Shown in pieces: positions 40,453 through 50,929 of a stretch of DNA of 64,000 nucleotides (positions within the stretch are counted from its first letter, which is position 1; each line of letters opens with the position of its first letter). The translations under genes were made by a program, and so were the position numbers. Source of the DNA: Pseudomonadota bacterium (GTDB taxonomy: Bacteria > Desulfobacterota > Binatia > Binatales > Binataceae). The notes beneath the pieces were generated by a model. That model was not told where the DNA came from. It did not search any database and saw nothing but the letters and a program-made list of their open reading frames with translations. The stretch is from NCBI GenBank assembly GCA_021323945.1, contig JAJPKA010000003.1, positions 133,429-197,428 of the forward strand. Direction: 5' to 3'.

Positions 40453-41601
40453 GTGACGGGCACATCTGACACGCTTAGTTCCTGTCCATCATCCAAAGGA
40501 AACGATTTGCGTGAGCTGACGCTCAGCGAATTGGAGACAATAGTCTCCGAGGTTGGTGAGGCACGGTATCGTGCGCGTCAGGTAATGCACTGGTTGTGGC
40601 GGCATCAGGCATCGTCGCTGGAGGAAATGCGCGAGGTGCCGGCCCGTCTCCGGCAATATCTAGCTCAAAATTACCGGCTCGGCCATTTGACCGTTTCTCA
40701 TGTCGCCCATGCAGCAGATGGCACTCGCAAGCTGCTGTTTAGACTGGCTGATGGCGCCGGGATCGAAGGCGTGATCATTCCCACGCACGATAGAACGACC
40801 TTATGCATCTCCAGCCAGGTGGGATGTGCGATGGCTTGCGAGTTTTGCGCAACAGCGCGCATGGGGCTTGTGCGAAATTTGAAAGCCAGCGAGATCCTTG
40901 GCCAGATCATCGCCGCCAGTACACAATGCACGCAAGCAGAGCGCCTGACCAACTACGTGTTCATGGGGATGGGCGAGCCACTGGCTAATTATCCGAATCT
41001 TGCTCGCGCACTAACCGTAATGACGGCTGAATGGGGACTGGCGGTCTCTCCCAGGCGTATTACCGTGTCGACGGTGGGATTGGCGCCCGTGATGGAGCGG
41101 TTGCTCGCCGAGTTCCCGGTGAATTTGGCGGTTTCGCTTCATGCCACCTCTGATGAGTTGCGCAATCAGCTTGTCCCGATCAATCGTCGTTATCCGCTCG
41201 CTCACTTGCTGGAGAGCTGCCGCCAGCTTCCGCTGGGGCATCGTCGAAGAATCACCTTTGAATACGTAATGCTCCAGGGCGTGAATGACTCTCCGGCGGA
41301 TGCCGTCCGTTTGGCCCGGCTGGTCGCCCCGCTCAAGTGCAAAATCAATCTAATCTTCTTCAATCCTTTTCCGGGAGCGCCGTTCCAACCGACTCCGCGG
41401 TCACGGATAGAAGAATTTCAGGCGATTTTGCTCAGCAGAAACCTTACAGCTACCATTCGGGAAAGCAGAGGCGCGGAGATTGCCGCGGCTTGCGGCCAAT
41501 TGTACGCCCAAGCCCGCATGCCGCGTTCGCGACTGACGGGTCTTAACCATTGCCCATCACCGTCGGACACCCGCGAAACGCAGCCACCGACCCTGCTTTG
41601 A
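40453..41601 (+). CDS. rlmN: 23S rRNA/tRNA (adenine-C2)-methyltransferase, radical SAM
   Basis: ARYRARQVMHWLW N-terminal domain, radical-SAM cysteine triad (CAMACEFC), and conserved C-terminal regions. ndk-rlmN adjacency matches E. coli. Confidence 0.85.
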   Translation: MTGTSDTLSSCPSSKGNDLRELTLSELETIVSEVGEARYRARQVMHWLWRHQASSLEEMREVPARLRQYLAQNYRLGHLTVSHVAHAADGTRKLLFRLADGAGIEGVIIPTHDRTTLCISSQVGCAMACEFCATARMGLVRNLKASEILGQIIAASTQCTQAERLTNYVFMGMGEPLANYPNLARALTVMTAEWGLAVSPRRITVSTVGLAPVMERLLAEFPVNLAVSLHATSDELRNQLVPINRRYPLAHLLESCRQLPLGHRRRITFEYVMLQGVNDSPADAVRLARLVAPLKCKINLIFFNPFPGAPFQPTPRSRIEEFQAILLSRNLTATIRESRGAEIAAACGQLYAQARMPRSRLTGLNHCPSPSDTRETQPPTLL

Positions 41602-41643
41602 TATCGGGCAGCAAAGGCATACAGCGCAGACACAGCGGGGCAT

Positions 41644-42540
41644 TTGAAATTGGACAAAAAGACCACAGTTGGAGTGATCGGCGGTAGCGGCTTTTATCAG
41701 ATCGGCGGGCTCGAAGCGCTCGAGCAGGTGGAACTGACAACACCATTTGGCATGCCCTCTGACGTTTACTACCGTGGCCGGCTGGGCCCTACCGAGGTAG
41801 TGTTCCTGTCGCGTCACGGACGGGGACATCGCATTCTCCCGAGCGAATTAAATTACCGCGCTAACATCTATGGGATGAAAGAACTCGGGGTGGAATATCT
41901 GGTTTCAGTCAGCACCGCGGGCAGTATGAAAGAGCATATCGCGCCCGGAGACCTCGCGGTCGTGAGCCAATTCGTGGATCATACATACCAGCGGCGCCCG
42001 ACCTTTTTCGGCGATGGGATTGTCGCTCACGTTTCACTCGCCGAGCCGGTGTGCAGCGCACTCAGCAAGGACTTGGCGGAAGCGGCGCGTGCCGTCGGTG
42101 CAAAGGTGCACGAAAACGCGACCTACCTTTGTATCGAAGGTCCCCAATTTTCAACTCGTGCCGAGTCGAATCTCTACCGCAGTTGGGGTGTTGACATTAT
42201 CAGCATGACGGCTATGCAGGAGGCGCGACTCGCGCGTGAAGCCGAGCTTTGCTATGCAGTGCTGGCCCTGGTCACGGATTATGACTGCTGGCATCAAAGC
42301 GTTGGCGCGGTCGACATCGGTGAGATTCTTAGAGTGATGAGGCTTAATGTTGCAGTCGCCCAGCAAGCGATCGTTAGATTGGCCCATTTACTGGCTCAAC
42401 GGCCGCGCAACTGTGACTGCTCCAAAGCACTTGAGGGTGCAATCATTACCGACCAGGCCCTCATTCCGGCGGAGACGGCGGCTCGCCTGGAGCCGATTAT
42501 TGGCAGATACCTCGAACGAGCGAAGTCAGGAGCAAGCTGA
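41644..42540 (+). CDS. mtnP: S-methyl-5'-thioadenosine phosphorylase
   Basis: VGVIGGSGFYQ...FLSRHGRGHRILPSELNYRANIYGMKELGVEYLVSVSTAGS...ISMTAMQEARLAREAELCYAVLALVTDYDCWH is canonical MTAP. Confidence 0.85.
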   Translation: MKLDKKTTVGVIGGSGFYQIGGLEALEQVELTTPFGMPSDVYYRGRLGPTEVVFLSRHGRGHRILPSELNYRANIYGMKELGVEYLVSVSTAGSMKEHIAPGDLAVVSQFVDHTYQRRPTFFGDGIVAHVSLAEPVCSALSKDLAEAARAVGAKVHENATYLCIEGPQFSTRAESNLYRSWGVDIISMTAMQEARLAREAELCYAVLALVTDYDCWHQSVGAVDIGEILRVMRLNVAVAQQAIVRLAHLLAQRPRNCDCSKALEGAIITDQALIPAETAARLEPIIGRYLERAKSGAS

Positions 42541-42630
42541 TAGAACCGTGGCGCCCACCGCTCGGAGCTTGCGAGACGGAGACGATCGAATGGACCGCTT
42601 TCAGGATCCTGGAGAGGAAATAAGCGATTA

Positions 42631-43554
42631 ATGAGCATCGTCGCAGTTGGCGCAGTTGCATACGACACAATTGAGACGCCGCACGGCACGGTAACCCGCG
42701 CACTGGGTGGCTCGCTCACCTATTTCGCTCTGGCCGCACGTTTCTTTGGTCCGGTCAGTATAGTGGCCGCGATTGGAGATGATTTCCGAGAAGAGGACCG
42801 GCAGTTGTTGATTGAGCGTGGGATTGACACACGTGGCCTGGTCCGGCGCCCGGGCAAAACCTTCTATTGGCATGGCCGCTATCACGAGGACATGAATGTG
42901 CGCGATTCGGTCACGACCGATCTGGGCGTATTTGCTGATTTCATGCCAGAGCTCTTATCAGACCAACGACGAGCGGACTTCGTTTTTCTCGCCAATATTT
43001 CACCCAGGTTGCAAGAGCATGTACTCTCTCAGGTACTGAGTCCGCGGATTGTAGCAGCCGATACGATCAAGTTCTGGATTGAGAATGACCGGGCCGGCTT
43101 CATTCGGTTGATGCCGCGCTTCCATATTTTAACGGTTAACGACGAAGAAGCCCGTTTGCTGGCCGGCGAACACAATCTCGTAAAGGCAGGCAAGGCAATC
43201 CTCAAAATGGGGGCTCGCATCGCACTCATAAAGCGCGGCGAGTACGGGGTCCTACAGTTCAGTCCCGATTCGATCTTTGCCGTACCGGCGTGGCCTTTAG
43301 AAGAGGTGGTTGACCCGACAGGTGCAGGCGATGCTTTTGCAGCCGGAGTGATGGGCTGGCTGGCCCGCTGTGGCCGGATTAATGAATCCATCCTCCGAGT
43401 CGCCGTAATCTACGGCAGTGTGATGGGGTCATTTGTGGTCGAGAAGTTCTCCATCGAACGACTGCTTGGTCTTACGTGGCAGGACATCGAAAGCCGCTAC
43501 CGCGCCTTTATCGAATTGACTGACTCACACCATTCGCGATGGATGTCTCAATAG
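42631..43554 (+). CDS. PfkB-family carbohydrate/nucleoside kinase
   Basis: Ribokinase-fold signatures include the C-terminal DPTGAGDAFAAG anion hole. Substrate is undetermined; adenosine kinase is plausible given the mtnP neighbour. Confidence 0.7.
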   Translation: MSIVAVGAVAYDTIETPHGTVTRALGGSLTYFALAARFFGPVSIVAAIGDDFREEDRQLLIERGIDTRGLVRRPGKTFYWHGRYHEDMNVRDSVTTDLGVFADFMPELLSDQRRADFVFLANISPRLQEHVLSQVLSPRIVAADTIKFWIENDRAGFIRLMPRFHILTVNDEEARLLAGEHNLVKAGKAILKMGARIALIKRGEYGVLQFSPDSIFAVPAWPLEEVVDPTGAGDAFAAGVMGWLARCGRINESILRVAVIYGSVMGSFVVEKFSIERLLGLTWQDIESRYRAFIELTDSHHSRWMSQ

Positions 43555-44477
43555 TTGTGCCGCTCTTCAACGAGCGGGACAACCTCGCTCCGCTGCATCA
43601 GGAATTGGACTGTGTAATGCGGCGGCTGAACCGCTCGTACGAAATCATCTTCGTTGACGATGGGAGCACTGATGGTGGCGGGCAGGTGCTGCGCGAGATC
43701 AAAGCCCGGGACCATCATGTTCGAGTGATGCGGCTGGCACGCAATTCGGGGCAAACCGCAGCGCTGGCATGCGGCTTACAGCATGCCGCCGGTACGGTGG
43801 TGGTCGCGATTGACGGGGATGGCGAAAATGACCCGGCAGATATACCACGCCTGATCGCCAAAATTGACGAAGGCTTTGATCTTGCCAGTGGCTGGCGTAC
43901 CGAGCGTTGGCGGTCAGCGAGATTTACTCGCCGCCTGCCGTCGATTGTCGCAAACGCCCTGATCGCGCGAATGACCGGCGTCGAACTTCATGATTTCGGC
44001 TGCACGTTGAAAGCCTATCGAGGAGATCTCGCGCGGCGTTTGATGTTGTACGGCGAGATGCATCGTTTCGTGCCCGCAATCGCTGCCGAGCAGGGAGCAC
44101 GGATTGTCGAAGTACCGGTGAACTTTCGCGCTCGGCGCGCGGGTCGCTCAAAATATGGGCCCGGTCGCATTGTGAGAACAATTCTGGACTTGATAACAGT
44201 TAAGTTTTTAACCAGCTATTCCACGCGCCCAATTCAGGTTTTCGGTCTCATTGGTTTGCTAATGGGGGCGCTTGGTGTCTTATGGACGGCTATACTCGTT
44301 TTCGAGAAAGTCGTCTTAGGCGCGTCTCTGAGCCGGCGGCCGGCGCTGTTGCTCGCAATCCTGCTGATCGTTGTGGGCGTGCAACTGGTGAGTATCGGCT
44401 TGATTGGGGAGATGCTCGCACGGACTTATCACGAGTCGCAGGGGAAGCCAATTTACGTCGTTAAAGAGGAATTTTGA
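43539..44477 (+). CDS. GT2 polyprenyl-phosphate glycosyltransferase (ArnC/GtrB/DPM1-like) with two C-terminal TM helices
   Basis: VSIVVPLFNERDNL...IFVDDGSTDGG...DGDGEND (DxD) GT-A core, then two hydrophobic helices (VFGLIGLLMGALGVLWTAILVF; LLAILLIVVGVQLVSIGLIG). Confidence 0.8.
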   Translation: MDVSIVVPLFNERDNLAPLHQELDCVMRRLNRSYEIIFVDDGSTDGGGQVLREIKARDHHVRVMRLARNSGQTAALACGLQHAAGTVVVAIDGDGENDPADIPRLIAKIDEGFDLASGWRTERWRSARFTRRLPSIVANALIARMTGVELHDFGCTLKAYRGDLARRLMLYGEMHRFVPAIAAEQGARIVEVPVNFRARRAGRSKYGPGRIVRTILDLITVKFLTSYSTRPIQVFGLIGLLMGALGVLWTAILVFEKVVLGASLSRRPALLLAILLIVVGVQLVSIGLIGEMLARTYHESQGKPIYVVKEEF

Positions 44478-44558
44478 GAGTCGGCGGAGCGAAACTGGCC
44501 GTTGGCGGGGAACGCGCGCAGCCCTGATGACGAGGTGCAAGCTAAAGCGGAGCCTTTC

Positions 44559-45866
44559 ATGAACATCGCGGTTGTCGGTACAGGATACGTCGGATTGGTA
44601 AGCGGCACTTGTTTCGCTGAGAGCGGCAACGAAGTCGTCTGCGTTGACATCGATCGCGCACGGATCGACGCACTGAACGCCGGCATCATCCCGATCTATG
44701 AGCCTGGCCTGGAAGAACTGGTCAGGCGCAATATCAAAGAACGGCGGCTCAGCTTTACCTGTGATCTGCGCGCCGCCGTGGAACAGTCGATGGTCTCGTT
44801 CGTCAGTGTCGGCACCCCGATGAGCCCCAACGGGGCCGCGGATCTAACAGGCGTATTCTCGGTCTCAGAGGAAATTGCGCGTGCCGCTAAGGGCTATCAT
44901 ATCATTGCCATCAAGAGCACCGTGCCCGTGGGAACCAACGACCGCATACGCGAGCGCATCAAGCCGATTGCAAACTCACGCATTGATGTCTGCTCGGTAC
45001 CCGAATTTCTCAAAGAAGGCTCTGCCGTTGAGGATTTCATGCGTCCGGATCGCGTGGTGATCGGCAGTTCGAGCGAACAAGCGACCGCCATCCTGCGGGA
45101 AATTCATGCGCCATTTGTCCGAACCGACAACCCCATTTTGGTGATGCATCCGCGCTCCGCCGAATTGACCAAATACGCGTCCAACGCGATGCTGGCGCTG
45201 CGCATTTCTTTCATTAATCAGATGGCCAACCTGTGTGAAGCAGTGGGCGCGGAAATTAATGACGTGCGGCGCGGCATGGGTGCCGACCGGCGCATCGGTT
45301 CGCAGTTCCTTTTTCCGGGCGTCGGTTATGGCGGCTCCTGCTTTCCCAAGGATGTCCAGGCCCTGATTCACAGCGCCGCGGAGCATCATCTTGAGTTCAC
45401 CATGCTGAAGGCGACCGATGAGGTCAATGCCCGGCAAAAACGTCTGCTCTTCGAACGGGTTCAGCAACACTTCGGCCCCGATCTGACCGGACGCTGTTTC
45501 GCGATCTGGGGACTTGCCTTCAAGCCCCGCACCGACGACATGCGGGAAGCTCCGTCGTTGGTGATGATCGAGGAATTGCTCAAGGCTCATGCGCGAGTGC
45601 AGGTGCACGACCCCGAGGCGCTCGAGAATGCGCGGAAGATCTTTGGCGATCGCGTCAGCTATCATCGCACCAATTACGAAGCCCTTTCGCAGGCTGACGC
45701 GCTCATAATCCTCACTGAATGGAACGAGTTTCGTCATCCAAATTTTCAACGAATCCGAGCGGAATTGAAGCAACCAGTGATTTTTGACGGCCGCAACCTG
45801 TATGACCCGGCGCTGATGAAAGCGCTGGAATTCAGATACTACTCGATAGGCCGGCGTCCAATTTGA
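44559..45866 (+). CDS. ugd: UDP-glucose 6-dehydrogenase
   Basis: MNIAVVGTGYVGLVSGTCFAE..., catalytic GGSCFPKD. Confidence 0.85.
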   Translation: MNIAVVGTGYVGLVSGTCFAESGNEVVCVDIDRARIDALNAGIIPIYEPGLEELVRRNIKERRLSFTCDLRAAVEQSMVSFVSVGTPMSPNGAADLTGVFSVSEEIARAAKGYHIIAIKSTVPVGTNDRIRERIKPIANSRIDVCSVPEFLKEGSAVEDFMRPDRVVIGSSSEQATAILREIHAPFVRTDNPILVMHPRSAELTKYASNAMLALRISFINQMANLCEAVGAEINDVRRGMGADRRIGSQFLFPGVGYGGSCFPKDVQALIHSAAEHHLEFTMLKATDEVNARQKRLLFERVQQHFGPDLTGRCFAIWGLAFKPRTDDMREAPSLVMIEELLKAHARVQVHDPEALENARKIFGDRVSYHRTNYEALSQADALIILTEWNEFRHPNFQRIRAELKQPVIFDGRNLYDPALMKALEFRYYSIGRRPI

Positions 45867-45992
45867 GCCGTTCCGCGCTAGCTCCTGTCGCCATAATGAA
45901 CAATCGAAAAGCAGAACTGCTCGGGCGACGCCAGAAGCACCCTAAATGACCCGGGCGCAAAATTATCTTTCACGTGAGGAACCAATCTGATT

Positions 45993-46925
45993 ATGCGGAT
46001 TTTGGTGACGGGGGGCGCTGGCTTTATCGGTTCCCATACAGTCGATGTGCTGAGGGCCACTGGCGCCTACGACATTGCTGTGCTCGACAATCTGTCCACA
46101 GGCAAACGCGAGCGGCTTCATCCCACGATCCGTTTCTATCAGGCCGATATCCGCAACGGCCACGAAGTCAGGCTAATCATGGACCGCGAGCATCCCCAGA
46201 TCCTCTTGCACTTGGCCGCCCAACTCGATGTGCGCAAGTCCGTGGCGGAGCCCGAATTCGATGCGGAAGTTAACATTGGAGGCTTCCTTAAACTAATGGA
46301 AGCCGGTCGGGAATTTGGACTGCAACGAGTCATCTTCGCTTCAACCGGCGGTGCGATCTATGGCGAACAGGAGCAGTTTCCATGTAACGAGAGCCATAAA
46401 TGTTGTCCGTTGAGTCCCTACGGTGTCTCAAAATTGGCAACGGAGGCCTATCTATTCTTTTACAAGATGCAGTACGGCATCGATTATGTCGCGCTGCGAT
46501 ATAGCAACGTTTATGGGCCTCGCCAGGACCCGCATGGCGAGGCGGGGGTTGTTGCAATTTTCTGCGGCCGGATGCTCGCCCATCAGGCTTGCACGATCTA
46601 CGGCGACGGCGAGCAGACGCGTGACTATATCTACGTGGGCGACGTGGCACGCGCTAATCTGGCTGCATTGGAGAAGCGCGCTTCCGGCGCGTTTAACATC
46701 GGCACGGGGGTGGAAACCAGCGTCAATCAACTTTTCCAACTGTTGGCCGAAATTGCAGGGGCCCCGCAGTTGCCAATACGTGCGGCTCAACGACCCGGCG
46801 AGCAGCGACGCTCGGTAATTTCGCCGGCACGGGCCGCCGCCGAGCTGAACTGGCAACCGCAGGTACCCCTCAAGGAAGGATTGAAGCTGACTTTTGAGTC
46901 CTTCAGGGCAGCTGCTGAATCCTGA
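45993..46925 (+). CDS. NAD-dependent epimerase/dehydratase (GalE-like UDP-sugar 4-epimerase)
   Basis: MRILVTGGAGFIGSH..., catalytic SPYGVSK (YxxxK). Confidence 0.8.
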   Translation: MRILVTGGAGFIGSHTVDVLRATGAYDIAVLDNLSTGKRERLHPTIRFYQADIRNGHEVRLIMDREHPQILLHLAAQLDVRKSVAEPEFDAEVNIGGFLKLMEAGREFGLQRVIFASTGGAIYGEQEQFPCNESHKCCPLSPYGVSKLATEAYLFFYKMQYGIDYVALRYSNVYGPRQDPHGEAGVVAIFCGRMLAHQACTIYGDGEQTRDYIYVGDVARANLAALEKRASGAFNIGTGVETSVNQLFQLLAEIAGAPQLPIRAAQRPGEQRRSVISPARAAAELNWQPQVPLKEGLKLTFESFRAAAES

Positions 46926-47078
46926 AGAAGTCTTCCGATGCGACTGCTGGCCTTATTGCGCGCCTTAACGACCGTGCGATGCTATCCTGAAGGAACATCG
47001 GGAGACGGCGACAAAATGGTCCAGCCAACGATGAGTAGGCAGTACACAATCCAAACCCCGCGCTTGCTTCGCGATTAA

Positions 47079-48881
47079 ATGACCGCGCCCGAACTGCTCC
47101 GCAATTTTTCGATTATCGCGCATATCGATCACGGCAAGTCAACGCTTGCCGATCGTCTGCTGGAACGCACCGGCGCACTGTCCAAGCGCGAGCTCAAAGA
47201 GCAGTTTCTGGACTCGATGGAGCTCGAGCGCGAGCGCGGTATCACCATCAAGGCGCGTTCAGTCCGGCTTAATTATGTCGCCCGCGACGGTAAGAGCTAT
47301 GTGCTCAATCTGATCGACACACCAGGTCACGTGGACTTCGCGTATGAAGTTTCACGCAGTCTCGCCGCATGCGAAGGCGCATTGCTGGTGGTCGATGCGA
47401 GCCAGGGCGTTGAAGCCCAGACCCTGGCCAACGTCTACATGGCGCTCGATCATGGGCTCGAGATCATTCCGGTTATCAACAAGATCGATCTGCCTGGTGC
47501 CGACGTCGAGCGCACGCGCAATGAGATCGAACAGATTGTCGGGTTGGACGCCTCGAACGCGATATTGACTAGCGCTAAAGAAGGGATTGGGATTGACGAG
47601 GTCCTCGAGGCCGTCGTCACACGCATCCCAGCGCCCCCCGCAAATGGAGCGCGCCCTCTTCGTGCTCTCGTTTTCGATAGCTGGTATGACCCATATGAGG
47701 GTGTTATCAGCCTGGTTCGGGTATTTGACGGCGAGCTGCGGCGCGGAATGCGGTTGCAGCTAATGGGAACCGGAAAACGCGGGGAGTTGATGCGCCTGGG
47801 TTTTTTTACCCCCCACGAGCAGCCGGCTGATCGCCTCGGGCCCGGGGAAGTCGGCTTTATTGTCGCCGGCATCAAAGACGTTGCCGATATGCGTGTCGGC
47901 GATACGGTAACCGATGCTGACCGTCCCGCGAGCGAACCGCTGGCCGGCTTCAAGGAACTGAAGCCGATGGTATTTGCCGGTCTGTATCCAACCGAAGCGA
48001 ATCAATATACCGCATTACGTGATGCGATCGATAAGCTGAGGCTCAACGACGCCAGTCTTGTCTTCGAGCCCGAAACATCGCAAGCGCTGGGTTTTGGTTT
48101 CAGAGCTGGCTTTTTGGGCCTGCTGCATATGGATATCGCTCAGGAGCGACTCGAGCGGGAGTTCGGACTAGATCTGGTGGTCACCGCCCCCACCGTCGCT
48201 TATCGGGTAAGAACGACGTCGGGCGAGACAAAGATTGTTGACAACCCAAGCCGCTTGCCACCCGAGAACGAAATCGAGGCAATCGAGGAACCATTTATTC
48301 TCGCGGAAATTCATGTACCCGAAGCCTATCTGGGCGCCGTGATGCGCTTATGTGAAGAGCGCCGCGGGGTTCAACGCGAACTGCGCTATGCGGGCCATCA
48401 ACGTGTAATTCTAAGTTATGAAATGCCCTTGGCTGAAATCGTTTTCGATTTCTACGACCGCCTCAAGTCAGTGTCGCGGGGCTATGCCTCCCTGGATTAT
48501 GAGTTTCTGGACTTCCGTCCAGAGCATCTGGTTAAATTGGACATCCGCATCAATGGCGAGGTGGTGGACGCGCTTTCAATGATTGTTCATCGTGACAGGG
48601 CGTTTGAGCGGGGTCGGGCGTTGTGCGAAAAAATGCGCGAATTGATACCTCGCCAAATGTTCGAAGTTGCTATTCAAGCCGCGATCGGTGCAAGGATCAT
48701 CGCGCGGGAAAGTGTCAAGCCGCTGCGCAAAAACGTTACCGCCAAGTGCTATGGCGGCGACATCACCCGCAAGCGCAAGCTGCTTGAAAAGCAGAAAGAA
48801 GGCAAAAAGCGCATGAAGCAGGTCGGACGTGTCGAAATCCCGCAAGAGGCGTTTCTCGCCCTGCTCAAGGTCGGAGAGTAG
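47079..48881 (+). CDS. lepA: Elongation factor 4
   Basis: [22 protein letters not shown]-domain and a LepA-specific C-terminal domain. 600 aa. Confidence 0.9.
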   Translation: MTAPELLRNFSIIAHIDHGKSTLADRLLERTGALSKRELKEQFLDSMELERERGITIKARSVRLNYVARDGKSYVLNLIDTPGHVDFAYEVSRSLAACEGALLVVDASQGVEAQTLANVYMALDHGLEIIPVINKIDLPGADVERTRNEIEQIVGLDASNAILTSAKEGIGIDEVLEAVVTRIPAPPANGARPLRALVFDSWYDPYEGVISLVRVFDGELRRGMRLQLMGTGKRGELMRLGFFTPHEQPADRLGPGEVGFIVAGIKDVADMRVGDTVTDADRPASEPLAGFKELKPMVFAGLYPTEANQYTALRDAIDKLRLNDASLVFEPETSQALGFGFRAGFLGLLHMDIAQERLEREFGLDLVVTAPTVAYRVRTTSGETKIVDNPSRLPPENEIEAIEEPFILAEIHVPEAYLGAVMRLCEERRGVQRELRYAGHQRVILSYEMPLAEIVFDFYDRLKSVSRGYASLDYEFLDFRPEHLVKLDIRINGEVVDALSMIVHRDRAFERGRALCEKMRELIPRQMFEVAIQAAIGARIIARESVKPLRKNVTAKCYGGDITRKRKLLEKQKEGKKRMKQVGRVEIPQEAFLALLKVGE

Positions 48882-48889
48882 CCGCTCGC

Positions 48890-49615
48890 GTGGCCCAGCC
48901 GGTTCGTCAACTTACTAAATCTCAGCCCGCTGTGCGTTCAGTCCCACCTGAATCGCACAAGTCGGTAATCCGCGAATATGTCGAAGCCTTTGGCGTTGCC
49001 CTTGTCCTGGCCATCATTTTGCGCACCTTCTTCATCCAGGCTTATAAGATTCCTTCGGGCTCAATGGAGCCGACCCTTCTCATCGGCGATCACATCATTG
49101 TTAACAAGCTCGGCTACGGCCTTCGGATGCCCGATTCGGTGTTCGGGTTTACGCCATTTTCCGACGAAATCCCTTACGGTAAGTACCTCTTCCAGCTAGA
49201 ACCCGTACATCGGGGCGATGTGGTTGTCTTCGTTTTCCCGGAGGACCGCACCAAGGACTTCATCAAACGCGTAATCGGAATTCCGGGCGATACAGTGGAA
49301 ATTAAAGGCGGAATTCTCTACCTGAACGGCGCTCGAGTGCCAGACCCACATGCCCACTTCGACAAGCCATCGGACGAGCGCCAGCCCGGTTCTCAGGCAG
49401 ACTACATGGCCCCATTAAAATTGGCATCGAACCAATACTTCATGATGGGTGACAATCGCGATCACAGCTATGACAGCCGTTTTTGGGGGCCGATTACACG
49501 CGATGCGATTGAAGGCCGCGCAATGTTCATCTATTGGTCGTGTGCCGACCAGAGCTCCACGGCGAGTTGCTTTTACGATGTCCGCTGGTCGCGAATTTTT
49601 AAGCTGGTACGCTAA
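48890..49615 (+). CDS. lepB: Signal peptidase I
   Basis: IPSGSMEPTLLIGD (catalytic Ser), KRVIGIPGD, GDNRDHSYDSRFWG. Confidence 0.85.
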   Translation: MAQPVRQLTKSQPAVRSVPPESHKSVIREYVEAFGVALVLAIILRTFFIQAYKIPSGSMEPTLLIGDHIIVNKLGYGLRMPDSVFGFTPFSDEIPYGKYLFQLEPVHRGDVVVFVFPEDRTKDFIKRVIGIPGDTVEIKGGILYLNGARVPDPHAHFDKPSDERQPGSQADYMAPLKLASNQYFMMGDNRDHSYDSRFWGPITRDAIEGRAMFIYWSCADQSSTASCFYDVRWSRIFKLVR

Positions 49616-49653
49616 GAGTTGCCAAGTGGGCAAGACTATTCAGGGAGGTTGCG

Positions 49654-50325
49654 GTGGCTGACGAAGCGGCTGCCAGAGTGGAAGCATTACTCGAACAACT
49701 AGGAGCACGCTTCGAGTTGGTGCTCGAAGCGGTCACGGGCTTCGGCGGCAGGATCGACGCTCTTCGCGAGGAGATGGCCGGCCAATTCACCGAAGTTGGC
49801 CGCCAGATTCGGTTCCTTTCCGATCGAATTGCCGAAGATCGCGCCGCCACCGCGGCGAATCGAGCCGACTTGGGAGCGGAAATGGTTCGGTTGGGCGAAA
49901 TGATCGGCGCCACGAGCGTCGAGTTTCGCGAGCAACTGGCAACGACTCGCAGCCAATTGGAACAGAGGGTTGAAGCCGTGGCGAAACAGGCAATCCGCGA
50001 TGAACTGGCGGCCGCGAGTGACCAATTACGCACCGAAATCGTCAAGGAAATTACGGCTGTTGCCGAGCTAACCCGCGGCGAAATCACCTCCGCACGAGAC
50101 AAACTCAATCGCGAACTGCCTGCCGCCGCCGCTGAGGTTCGCGAGCAAATCTCATCCTCTTCTGATTCATTGATTAAGCATTTGGACAACGAGCTGAAAC
50201 AGACGCATAAGGCATTGGCCAGTCTGGCACGCAAATTCGAGCGGTTCGACGACCGCGTCACCATTCAAGCCAAAGAGCACGAACAGCGACTCCGGAAACT
50301 GGAGCAACGCCGTGCCTCCCGCTGA
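49654..50325 (+). CDS. Coiled-coil protein of unknown function (Ala/Glu/Arg/Leu-rich, cytoplasmic)
   Basis: GTG start 6 nt after a GGGAGG RBS, 38 nt after the lepB stop. Heptad-like periodicity throughout. Minus ORF 49599..50264 is its low-complexity shadow. Confidence 0.55.
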   Translation: MADEAAARVEALLEQLGARFELVLEAVTGFGGRIDALREEMAGQFTEVGRQIRFLSDRIAEDRAATAANRADLGAEMVRLGEMIGATSVEFREQLATTRSQLEQRVEAVAKQAIRDELAAASDQLRTEIVKEITAVAELTRGEITSARDKLNRELPAAAAEVREQISSSSDSLIKHLDNELKQTHKALASLARKFERFDDRVTIQAKEHEQRLRKLEQRRASR

Positions 50326-50430
50326 ACAGCCCTTGACCGCATAGCGGAAGCGCCTCGCCGGCCGTTTATCCGGACATCAAAAAGCGGGGTAGGCGAACGG
50401 CAACTGATTTCTTCATTGAGTCAGCCCGTT

Positions 50431-50880
50431 TCAACGCGGCACATCACCGGGACCCAGAAACGGAGGCCTGATTTCAGATAACGTGACGATTTTCCAGCTA
50501 CTGGCGTCTCGGCGCACCGTATAACAGGCCCGCACTCGTTCGAGCACTGAACCATCCGTCCTGTAGCGTGTCACATCTGCGAGAATCATCGCCAGATCGT
50601 CGGCCATAGGCCAGCTCTTGAACCGATCCACGCCGGAACGGGCCCATCCTCGTTCCCTTAATTCCGTCATAATCCTGGCGAAATTCCTCTGATGTTCTCC
50701 TTCGCTGGCGCATTGACTCAGGCCCTGTCGACCGGTGACCCAGGCGTAAGGAAACGCGAATTTCTCGCTGAAGGCGTCGATATCCTCCCGATTAAATGCG
50801 GCGATGTACGATTGGTAGAAGTCTTCCAAATCTTTGGTAAGCTGCTCGGTAGTCACTGGCCAGCACCTAGGTAAGTTCAA
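50431..50880 (-). CDS. Hypothetical protein, NTF2-like fold suspected
   Basis: LEDFYQSYIAAFNREDIDAFSEKFAFPYAWVTG resembles the SnoaL_2/DUF4440-type N-terminus. Confidence 0.45.
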   Translation of the reverse strand: MNLPRCWPVTTEQLTKDLEDFYQSYIAAFNREDIDAFSEKFAFPYAWVTGRQGLSQCASEGEHQRNFARIMTELRERGWARSGVDRFKSWPMADDLAMILADVTRYRTDGSVLERVRACYTVRRDASSWKIVTLSEIRPPFLGPGDVPR

Positions 50881-50929
50881 CGCCGGGCCTCACCCTTACG
50901 GGTTTGCCTAGGCTTTTTCAGATCCGCGG

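Noticed and set aside
49599-50264. Minus-strand 221-aa ORF overlapping the coiled-coil gene
   Set aside because: Extremely Ala/Ser/Arg-rich low-complexity translation with no RBS. The plus-strand frame has a strong RBS and heptad periodicity. Judged a shadow ORF.
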